A stretch of 32,423 nucleotides of DNA from Tubiluchus corallicola (taxonomy: Eukaryota; Animalia; Priapulida): NCBI GenBank assembly GCA_030141605.1, contig JAQGDQ010001618.1:1-32423 (forward strand), given 5' to 3'. The position numbers and the translations under genes were made by a program. Below, in pieces: positions 23,338 to 32,423 of this stretch. The notes under the pieces are model-generated. The model had not been told where the DNA came from, made no database searches, and worked only from the letters and a program-made list of their open reading frames with translations. Every line of letters starts with the position of its first letter. Within the stretch, counting starts at the first letter, position 1.

Positions 23338-23736
23338 ACCAAACACGTTTCAGATCTATTAATGGCACACGAACAACACAAAACACCTCGAATTGTGGCC
23401 CCTCCATCAAATCGAAAAGGAGAAACAACTAACAAATGGGACGATGACATGGAAACAGACCACAGTGCAATGGAGGCTAGAATCAACGAAATCTACTCAG
23501 AATGGCGCACCGCCAGTAAGAATATCGACCAAATGATGAAAGATACAAGCAAGTTAAGAAAAGATGCGGCTAAAATGATGGAAGAGTTTATCCACTTGGA
23601 AGATGAAATAGTAAAAGTGGATACACATGTAGGAGAGCTAGACAAAGATTTAAAAGACGTAGTCTACTTAGATGATCTGATAGATTACCTAAGAAAACAA
23701 AGTGATGATATATTCTTGTCAGTTTATCAATTGTGA
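23338..23736 (+). CDS. Uncharacterised acidic coiled-coil protein (124 aa from ATG 23362; single coding exon or terminal exon)
   Basis: Non-repetitive open frame with heptad-like periodicity (MEARINEIYSEWRTASKNIDQMMKDTSKLRKDAAKMMEEFIHLEDEIVKVDTHVGELDKDLKDV), preceded by a strong acceptor and open back to it. Family not recognised. Confidence 0.65.
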   Translation, partial: TKHVSDLLMAHEQHKTPRIVAPPSNRKGETTNKWDDDMETDHSAMEARINEIYSEWRTASKNIDQMMKDTSKLRKDAAKMMEEFIHLEDEIVKVDTHVGELDKDLKDVVYLDDLIDYLRKQSDDIFLSVYQL

Positions 23737-24249
23737 TGTATTTATAGAGCTTTTTTCTTATGTTAATGTGATGAAATACAATTATGTCTCTAAGCAAGGC
23801 AGGTTTAGTAGTTGTATTCTGAGGCATTCCAGTTTGTGCTCAGTATTTTGTTAATGTTGGTCTGCATGTTGTAACCCACAAAACCTCATTAAAATTACGA
23901 ACAATCGGTGCAGTTTCAATTGTTTACAGTGGCGGGAATAATTGCTTATGAAAGCTCAAAACATGCATGTTAAAATTGTTTTCCTTCCGATGAATGAGTT
24001 CCCCTTTCTGTGCCTATAATAGTTCCCCTTTCTGTGCCTATTTACGTTTCGCTAATTTGTGGAAAGTTGATAAGTTAGTGTTGCAAAAACGAAAGATAGA
24101 TGCAATATTTGTTACTTTTTGTCGGAAAAATATTCCCTAACAGGGACGGTCTTAGTTAGCAGTCGCAATAATGAGAAGTTTTCCTTTAATCTCGAAAGCT
24201 CTAACACGTAGATTACTGCAAAAAACTCATTGCATCTCAGCACATGGTG

Positions 24250-24707
24250 GAATGGCGGCTCGTAGCTAAAATTAGTGGAGTTACTGCTTCACAAAATGTT
24301 AAGCCATTGTTTTAATACTGTGTAATTATGTAATTTGAGTGTTGTAATTCTAATTTTTAACAAGCGAACGTACGAAAGTTTATACATAAACTTGATAAAA
24401 TCCTAAACGAAAAAATATTTTTTGCTTACTAATGGCCTAAACTGTCGCAGTTCAAGCTTGATCCATTCACGGTAAAAGCACGTGACAACTGTCAACAAAC
24501 TGTGTGAGTGACAGTTCTTTCATGTGCGCATGAGCACATGCGCACAACAGCTAAACACCGCGATACTACCCTCACGCGTTCGGGTTCCGTACGAGTATAA
24601 AAAAAGAACGAAAGTAAAATGACTTATTATATCGAATATTATCGATAATATTGAGCGAAAATAAGGGGTGCTGCAGTTCCACACTACCTATACATGAGCC
24701 GCCACTG
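24250..24707 (-). mobile_element. hAT-type MITE, copy 3
   Basis: Termini (gaa)tggcggctcgtagctaaaattagtgg...gagccgccactg; colinear with copy 2; no TSD visible. Confidence 0.82.
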
Positions 24708-25118
24708 TTTCTTTATTTTACTGTGCTCAAATATAGTCCAGCATAGAGAGGAATGTGTTTCAACATAAATTGCAGAACATTGTCTGAAAGGTCTGAAATT
24801 GTCTGAAAATAAAAAGCAACATTTAGCTTTAACAATACTGAAAATAGAAATAATGAACTAATGAAATAATGAACCGGCTACAGCTACTGCTGCAGTAATA
24901 TGTACATAAAGAGATTTTGCAGACGTCAGAAATCGAAACATTTTGCAAACACATTTTCAAATAGTTGAGCATACTTGCTTACGTATTCATAATTTCTGGC
25001 ATACAACAAACACCGCGACGCAACAAACTGCGCCATTTGACTCATATCATAAATGTGCTACATAAGCAAAATCAATCCGTAAACAATAAATTTTGATAAA
25101 TTTAATATCCATAAACTA

Positions 25119-25149
25119 ATGCAAAATTTGCATATTTAGAGGTATAAAA
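25119..25149 (+). promoter_or_regulatory. Candidate core promoter: palindromic octamer site (ATGCAAAATTTGCAT) and TATA box (TATAAAA, 25143-25149)
   Basis: Motifs seen about 300 nt upstream of the LRR gene ATG; a possible 5' UTR intron ends at cacag (25435). Motif match only. Confidence 0.4.
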
Positions 25150-25448
25150 CCGTGACCCCAAAGCAAGATTCGACAGAGCAGTCGTTGTTCGTACAGACAC
25201 GCTAAACCACTGATTAGAAGTATTTTGTATCTACGGTGGTATTCTTGGTTCTTTTGTTGTTAAATTTGGATGAAAATTTCTTATTCAGATGCCCAAAAGT
25301 CTCTTCCTATTAACTTTTGGCATTGAATTAATATTGAAAGTTTGTGCTAAAGTTGCTGATTTATTATAATAATTAAAACATCTTGGTGATTGTGATAATT
25401 GGTATCTATTAAAACAACATTAATTTGAGACACAGTTCGACTCTACAA

Positions 25449-26034
25449 ATGGAATCTCTAATGAAAGTTGCATTCTATATTCTGACTCTAATCACGTTGT
25501 GTAAGGCACAGTGTACTTGCGATCCGTCTTCGGGGTGCAAATGTCATCCAGACAAATGGAATTATTGTCACGTAGATTGTAACTGGGAAGACCTGACTTC
25601 GAGAGACGTGCAGAAGGTCTCAGATGCATTACCAAATGACACCGCTATCCTCACGATTAATGGCTATCCACACGGTGAGTTTCCGGAAAAATTTTTGGCC
25701 GGAAAAAAATTGAGAGGGTTGTCCATATTTGATTCAAACAAGCTGAAACGCATTGGAGAATCAGTCCTGGCAGCTGACGTCGAATTCCTACGTCTATATG
25801 ATCTCACAGCTCTAGAGACAGTTGACTCAAAAGCGTTTGAAGCAATGAAAACCCTGAGGAGATTAAACATTCGGTCCTGTAAAAAGCTGACAACAGTTAC
25901 AGGACATTTGTCTTTTACACAAAGTCCAAATCTGTACGTGATTGACATCGCTAGGACGTCGATAGAAACACTCACAGAACCCAGACTGAACAGCAAAACA
26001 ATCAGTAATAATCACTTGATAATTCGCTTGATAG
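25449..26034 (+). CDS. LRR-mucin cell-surface protein, coding exon 1 (signal peptide, Cys-rich LRRNT, about 5 LRRs)
   Basis: MESLMKVAFYILTLITLCKA signal peptide; CTCDPSSGCKC...VDC cap; LxxLxI repeats (LRGLSIFDSNKL, VEFLRLYDLTAL, LRRLNIRSCKKL, LYVIDIARTSI); donor atag|gtgagt, phase 1. Confidence 0.9.
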
Positions 26035-26784
26035 GTGAGTAAACATTATAAATTTTGATTACTAATAAACAAGCTGCAAGCTGGAAGTGAATGTGGTCAG
26101 TTGTACAATTTATCATCAACAGTTTACCTATCCAGAAAATTAAAAATTACATCCTAATACTGGGAAGTGAATTAATTATTTAATATCATGATTTACATTG
26201 ACTTATTTATTGTAATATATATATATTACATAATATATATATAGACGACATCTGCACCCCCAAGACGGGCCGCATGCACACTGTGGCATATATAGAATGC
26301 AACAATATGTAGTAATATGTGTAGTATATATATGTAGTAATATATAATAATTAAAAACATTTTGATCATAACACTACTGGATTATTATCAAATGTAGATT
26401 CTGCATCATAAATTAAAATGTAAGCAGCAAATATAATATGCAATGAGTAGTAACGACACTTTGTAGTATCAAATTTTAATAAACAAACCATAAGTACTAT
26501 CAAAAATTTATCACGTTTAGTAAAGAACATAATAATTTACAAACAATACGTCCACAGTGGTATTGTGTTAATGTTTCCTAGTTCAATAAAAACTGAGAAG
26601 ACAAAATTGAGAAAGTTGAAAGGGATGTATTACACTATCATTTTTGTTAGATATATAGTAAATATTTCATTTTTGATCATGTTTTAATAAATAAATAATC
26701 CAATGTTCACAGCCTGAAGTGCAGTTATTCAAAGTGTTAGTTTTCAACTAATATAATCGTGTTTCTTTTTTGTTATTTTTGTAG

Positions 26785-27890
26785 AGAGTAAGATAAAATG
26801 CAACTGTGACATAAGTTGGGCTTTCAACAAGCCATGGAGGAGAGACCACTTCTTCTACATAGAATGCGAACAACCAGAGACAGGTGAAATAGTCGTTCCT
26901 ATCAGGGAGGATTTTGAGTATTGCTATGGCGTAACAAACCAAACCACTGAGCCGACTACAGTGAGCACAACTAGTGAGCCATCTACTGTGAGCACAACTA
27001 GTGAACCATCTACAGTGAGCACAACTAGTGAGCCATCTACAGTCAGCACAACCAGTGAACCATCTACAGTGAGCACAACTAGTGAGCCATCTACAGTCAG
27101 CACAACTAGTGAGCCGTCTACAGTGAGCACAACTAGTGAACCATCTACAGTGAGCACAACTAGTGAGCCATCCACAGTGAGTACAACCAGTGAACCATCT
27201 ACAGTGAGCACAACTAGTGAACCATCTACAGTGAGCACAACTAGTGAGCCATCCACAGTGAGTACAACCAGTGAACCATCTACAGTGAGCACAACTAGTG
27301 AACCATCTACAGTGAGCACAACTAGTGAGCCATCCACAGTGAGCACAACCAGTGAACCATCTACAGTGAGCACAACCAGTGAACCATCTACAGTGAGCAC
27401 AACTAGTGAGCCATCTACAGTGAGCACAACCAGTGAGCCATCTACAGTGAGCACAACTAGTGAGCCATCCACAGTGAGCACAACCAGTGAACCATCTACA
27501 GTGAGCACAACTAATGAGCAACCTACAGTGAGCACAACTAGTGAGCAACCTACAGTGAGCACAACTGGTGAACCATCTACAGTGAGCACAACCAGTGAAC
27601 CATCTACAGTGAGCACAACTAGTGAACCATCTACTGTGAGCACAACCAGTGAATCATCTACAGCGAGCACAACCAGTGAACCATCTACAGTGAGCACAAC
27701 TAGTGAGCCATATACAGTGAGCACAACTAGTGAACCACCTACAGTGAGTACAACCAGTGAACCATCTACAGTGAGCACAACTAGTGAGCCACCTACAGTG
27801 AGCACAACTACTATTAGTACTGCTATTGGTATTGTTATTGGTATTGGCATTGGTATTGGTATTGGTATTGGTATAGTATATGGTTTTTAA
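26785..27890 (+). CDS. LRR-mucin cell-surface protein, coding exon 2 (LRRCT, Ser/Thr stalk, hydrophobic tail); spliced product 563 aa
   Basis: Acceptor tttttgtag|; phase 1 gives ESKIKCNCDISWAFNKPW...IECEQP...YC (LRRCT), in frame with the EPSTVSTTS repeats and AIGIVIGIGIGIGIGIGIVYGF*. AATAAA at 28033 and 28048. Confidence 0.88.
26949..27810 (+). repeat. Coding 27-bp VNTR (EPSTVSTTS), about 32 copies
   Basis: Unit gagccatctacagtgagcacaactagt; variation is mostly at third codon positions of the + frame. Confidence 0.95.
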
Positions 27891-28091
27891 ATGTGGTTAA
27901 ATTTGGTTAATTATGTTTTAATTTTGTTTTATGTCGAAAGAGTTCGGGAATATATTTAAAAAAATTATAACAAAAGAAACTATTTGAGTCAATTTTAATT
28001 ACAGGCACTTAAAAACATTTATAGTTAAAAACAATAAAACTTTATTAAATAAAATAAAATAAAGCTTTTGCATTAAAAAGTTAAAATCATG

Positions 28092-28130
28092 CCAAACATT
28101 TCGACAGGCTGCTGCTGTCATCATCAGTGG
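28092..28130 (-). ncRNA. Minimal type I hammerhead ribozyme motif of the Penelope-like-element kind
   Basis: Minus strand CCA-CUGAUGA-U-GACAG-cagcagc-CUGUC-GAAA-UGUU-UGG: both core boxes, a perfect 5-bp stem II, stem I CCA/UGG and a degenerate stem III, followed by a T-rich tail with AATAAA. Confidence 0.72.
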
Positions 28131-29349
28131 TAAATTTACAAACATACAATCAATTTATATAGGCAGAGCCTCTAAGCTCTATTTATGTTAGCCTGCGGTA
28201 TGTTAGCCTATAGACAGATAGTTAAGTAGTTAATAGAAGCCACATAAGCAGTGAATAAGCAGAGCAGTAAATAAAATGATACAGTAACTTAAACACTAAT
28301 TATGTATTTACAAAAATCATTTGAAAAAGACGATTAGTAGTAAAGTCTCCACAAGTTAAACGAAAACTGTGTGACACAGATATTTTGACAATGTTTCTTT
28401 GCTGTGTATTCTAATAATGTAATTAAATTAATCAAACTGCATGTGACGTACAAGCCATCCACAGCATTCATCATTGTGTTGCCTCAAATGTGTATAGGCG
28501 GGAAAACGAATTTACATTATTAACACTGGAAGTTTTTACAAAATAATAAGTTGTGCATCGCGTATTTTGTATCAATTTTGTACTTTCCTAATTATTAGTA
28601 TATTATGTTTTTAATTTAGTTTTTAAATGTACGTGTTGGTTTGAGTATATAGGCATATGAGTGAAATTTTGCTTTTTATCTAAATTTATTACATACAAAT
28701 TTTATGGTAAAGTTCATTTAAGTTTTTAGTTTAACATTGTATGTCAAATTTTTAGCAATAAGAAGTACTAATAAACAAATAATAAGGTGGAATCGTGTTG
28801 GAAATTTATGCTCTAGCCAGGCTTAATTAAAAGGAGAAATCATAACAGCTAACACGCTACAAATAGTTAGTACAGCCATTCTATTTTATTTACATTATTA
28901 TAGAATAGAGTACAACAAAATGAAGAGGTTTCTGCCAACAATTTTGTTAACATAAATTACTATAATGTTGAAAATCTGATTTTCTATGAATTATTTATTA
29001 TAATAAATAAAAAAATGAATTTATGAGACCTTTATATAGTCAATTCAAATATTGAACTTACAATGCGAGCATTTTTTCTTAAACGCAAGAATGTATTAAC
29101 TAGCAAGAAATTATCTCTTAACATAAGACTTCAATGATTTAACATAAAACTTCAATGATTTAATGCTTACTTACCAGCATATTTATGTACCACATGGGAA
29201 CACGGAATTTAACGATTACTCAAGAAAAGCAGATTCACACATTTCATAGATGTCTTTCTATTAGTTTTAGAGATAAGATAGCCATACATAATCAAAAATG
29301 AAGATTTTTGCACTAGAACAAAAAAAAAATTTTTGGTGTACAAAAGCCA

Positions 29350-29640
29350 AAATACGAAGATTAAGATGGCTAAGATACATCCAAGTGAAGCATTAGAACG
29401 AATAGCCTTAAAGGAAGCCTTAAAATCTTGCAAAGAACCACCTAGCAACCCCAAAACAACTTGGATTAATAAGATAAATAAAGATGTTCAACCAATTCTA
29501 TCTTTGGGAGTAGAAGAACTTGCTCTGTTAGCTGCAGATAGAAGTGGGTGGAATACTCTAATACGTGTTAATGCCTCGTATTAACACGAGGTGTACGGGT
29601 GTACAGTAGATGGAATGAGACCTTGAAAAAGAAGAAGAAG
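29350..29640 (+). mobile_element. 3' remnant of an RTE-group LINE with (GAA)n tail
   Basis: RIALKEALK...PKTTWINKINKD...LGVEELALLAADRSGWNTLI* matches the 'RP..TW...I..D...A.DR..W' RT C-terminus; ends in aagaagaagaag. Confidence 0.7.
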
Positions 29641-30070
29641 GCCTACGACTACAGCAACCAGGGTCGGGTTTATGGGCCCTACGGCAAACTCATCATTGGG
29701 CACCCAGATACATAGAAGACCACTGCGGCCTATACTCATTGAACAGGGCTCAATAAACCTCAATAAGATTTTCACAGTCAAAATTAATTCAAATGTGCTC
29801 AACATCTATATTATACATCAATGTGATATTAGCTAATTTTAGTTATTTTTCTGGTTATAATCAAGGTTAAAACATACCATTTGGGACTTATGTGTCTCGG
29901 GCATTCAATATAAGAGGCGTTTATAGAATGGAACAGTCAAATTTATTCCATTTCCGTAGCCTGGCAAACGAAAAAATTCAAAAACTTAATAAATCTTGCA
30001 GACGAGCACATGATTAATTAATATAGAAAAACTAGCCAAACCCCACAAAAAGAATTTTGTGCACAAATCA

Positions 30071-30720
30071 ACACACCACCCACACCACACCACTCCACCT
30101 CATCACACCACACTGCACCACACCATACCTCTCCACCTCATCGCACCACACAATACCACCACACCGCACCACACCATACCACCTACACACCACACCACAC
30201 CACTCCACCACTTCACACCACACTGCACAACACCATACCACTGCACCACCCACACACCACACCACACCACCCACACCATAATACTCCACCACATCACACC
30301 GCACTGCACCACACCACACCATAACACCACACTGCACCACAACACCCACCCACACACCACACCACCCACACCATACCATTCCACCACATCACACCACACT
30401 GCACCACACCATACCACTGCAGCACACCGCACCACCCACACACCACACCACACCATACGACTCCACCACATCACACCACACCGCACCACCCACACACCAC
30501 ACCACACCACCCACACCATAATACTCCACCACATCACACCGCACTGCACCACACCACACCATAACACCACACTGCACTACAACACCCACCCACACACCAC
30601 GCCACCCACTCCATACCACACTACCCACACCACACCCCACACACCCTATCACCCCACCACACCATGCATAGCACAACACACAAAGCACACCACCACCACA
30701 CCACATCAAATCCACCACCT
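30071..30720. repeat. Degenerate (CACAC/CACCA)n simple repeat with an internal 240-bp-spaced duplication
   Basis: Directly visible; the block ccacaccataatactccaccacatcacaccgcactgcacc occurs at 30271 and 30511. Confidence 0.92.
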
Positions 30721-30989
30721 CACGTGGTGATCATGATGTTGATGATGATGATGGTGGCAACGATGACGACACCTATAGCACAAGCACCAACAGCACAGCA
30801 TTACAACAAAACCATTCCAAAAATTTTTCACAAAGTTGAAACTATGTGCTATAATATAATAAATAGCAAACGCCCCGCAAAAGATTTTGCGTATAAATAC
30901 ACGTGTAATCAATAATACGCGAACATCCTACCTAGTCCTCATTTATAACGCAAAGGCCGTAACATCATGCCTACTGTTTGTTTAACTAA

Positions 30990-31883
30990 CGCAAAGCCTG
31001 TAGCTTTTTGCTGATACAGATGTAGTCGATTTCATTCTGTGTATTTCCATCTGGTGACCTCCATGTCTTCTTGTGGATGGTTTTGTGGGCAAAATAAGTA
31101 TTTCCAATACACAGTCCATTTAAATTGCACAACATCAGGAGCCGTTCACCATTGTTGTTTGTTTCTTGAGCTGATCCATGTGGCACGATTACATGCTCCA
31201 ATCCATGTCTGTTGTTGTCAATCTTTGCATTCATATCACCCATGAGGAGAATGATGTCATGGCTGGGGATGTCTTTCAGCACATCTTGACATTGTTGGTA
31301 GAAATCATCTTTAACTTGTTCATCTGTATCTTCAGTTGGTGCGTAAATGCAAACAATAGTTGTTTTCGCATGCCTTGACTGCAGTTATTATCCTCTCACT
31401 GACTGGGTTCCATCCTATTAGTGTCTTTGCTGCCTCTTTGTTCAGCATCAGACCAACACCTCTCTGGTGATCCTCCTCTGGTCCTGAATACAGAAAGGTT
31501 GTTTCTCCACTCTTGATGTTTCCGCTTCCTGTCCATCTCACTTCCGTTACGCCTAAGATACTGAGTTGATAGTTGTTGAATTCCCGGATAACTTGGGCCA
31601 TTTTTCCTGTTTGGAACATTGTTCTTACATTCCAGGTGCCAATTTTTGTCACCTTTGTGGCACTCAGTATAGAGTTCTTCATCGGATGCTGGGCTTCCTC
31701 TCGGCTTTGACCTAGCATCGTCATAACATGGGTCGAACTTTCTGCTTTGTGCTGATTTGTGTCAGTAGATTTGTTTCTGTCTGTTTCTGTAGCAATTGAG
31801 AACTTTTACAGGATAGGGGTGCTAACCCTAAGCCCAACCCTTCTCCTCTCTCAACCGGGCTTGGGACCGGCTATGGCGGAGTT
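30990..31883 (-). mobile_element. RTE-clade LINE, 5' portion (5' UTR plus AP-endonuclease domain), frameshifted and 3'-truncated
   Basis: IGTWNVRTM, LGVTEVRWTGSG, HQRGVGLML, PVSERII, (shift) IYAPT, MGDMNAK, NNNGERL, IGNTYFAHKTIHKKTWRSPDG..NEIDYICIS; no RT domain follows. Confidence 0.93.
31833..31883 (-). ncRNA. Twister ribozyme (P1 type) remnant at the RTE 5' end
   Basis: Minus strand AA-CUCC-GCC-AUA-GCCGG-UCCCAAGC-CCGG-uugagaga-GGAG-AAGGG-UUGGG, with P2 (CUCC/GGAG), P4 (CCGG/CCGG) and pseudoknots GC/GC and CCC/GGG. The 5' strand of P1 is absent and GAGGG reads AAGGG. Confidence 0.85.
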
Positions 31884-31932
31884 GATAATAAATGCTAATG
31901 TAAATTAGGGTAATATAAGAGAAATTTATTAC

Positions 31933-32010
31933 CTTGGAAATATTGCTTTTTCCTCCGAAGACAAGACAAAGAATGCCAAAAAATAGTACTAATGCCAGTG
32001 TAAAACGCAT
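31933..32010 (-). CDS. First coding exon of a secreted protein (signal peptide)
   Basis: MRFTLALVLFFGILCLVFG-GKSNISK then donor caag|gtaata (phase 0); TATA box 35 nt upstream. Downstream exons not securely identified. Confidence 0.65.
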
Positions 32011-32044
32011 CTTGAAGAAGTGCTGAAATTTTGGCGGCTAAAGA

Positions 32045-32052
32045 TTTTTATA
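32045..32052 (-). promoter_or_regulatory. TATA box (TATAAAAA) of the secreted-protein gene
   Basis: Minus strand gcTATAAAAAtc, 35 nt before the ATG at 32010. Confidence 0.5.
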
Positions 32053-32423
32053 GCTACCCAGGGATTAAGACGACTGAATTGTTACACGGACGTTAACGTA
32101 CACGCTTAATTGTTCTCGTTACGCGGACGTTATAGTACACGTCGCGTTTCAGATATTGAGCAGCGGAAATTTTTATAGTGTGTACTCCAACGCGAGTGCG
32201 AAATATGTCACTTCCAATCCGAGTGTGTACTTTAACGGCAGAGTAATGTGGTTCAGTGCTAATCCGTTGAATTGTAAAAAGACACGACGTTGTTAATAAG
32301 AAATTTCCAACTGATGTAATTAAAACAGAATTAAAAGAAATTAAGACTGCGGGCCTTACAATAGCTGTGTTTAAACTTTAAATTTCTAAGTTTCGTACGC
32401 TTGAGAATCGAACATCGTAAGAC

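Noticed and set aside
22303-23432. ER/K-rich and F/S/L-rich ORFs
   Set aside because: Translations of (CT)n and (TTTTC)n tracts.
26748-27850. Antisense Cys/His/Trp-repeat (CAHC) and Val-repeat ORFs
   Set aside because: Shadows of the 27-bp coding VNTR; variation is synonymous in the + frame, which also joins the LRRCT.
30057-30915. His/Thr/Pro-rich and Val/Trp/Cys-rich ORFs
   Set aside because: Translations of a degenerate CACAC repeat, open in most frames, with no splice or start context.
31822-31831. TTAGGGTTAG telomere-like motif (minus strand)
   Set aside because: Under two units long and part of the RTE 5' UTR hairpin.

Overview
AT-rich, microsatellite-rich, intron-containing animal (invertebrate) genomic DNA. 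There are no prokaryotic features, and most entries in the ORF track are repeat artefacts. Hand-splicing gives a 13-exon, minus-strand TTLL4-like (tubulin glutamylase family) gene over 1201-21363, which the ORF track essentially misses. It keeps the ATP/Mg2+ motifs, but the positions that bind donor glutamate are replaced, and it carries two frameshifts (pseudogene or assembly indels). Its introns hold minisatellite arrays of 41, 86, 86, 31 and 34/35 bp, two hAT-type MITE copies, a TIR-bounded satellite-carrying element and a LINE 3' remnant; a third MITE copy lies at 24250-24707. On the plus strand are an orphan coiled-coil ORF (23338-23736) and an intact two-exon gene for a signal peptide-LRR-mucin stalk-hydrophobic tail protein (25449-27890). 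The right end has a Penelope-type minimal hammerhead ribozyme (28092-28130, minus) and an RTE 3' remnant. It also has a 5'-intact RTE fragment that begins exactly at a twister ribozyme cleavage site (30990-31883, minus), inserted in intron 1 of a secreted-protein gene (31933-32010, minus).
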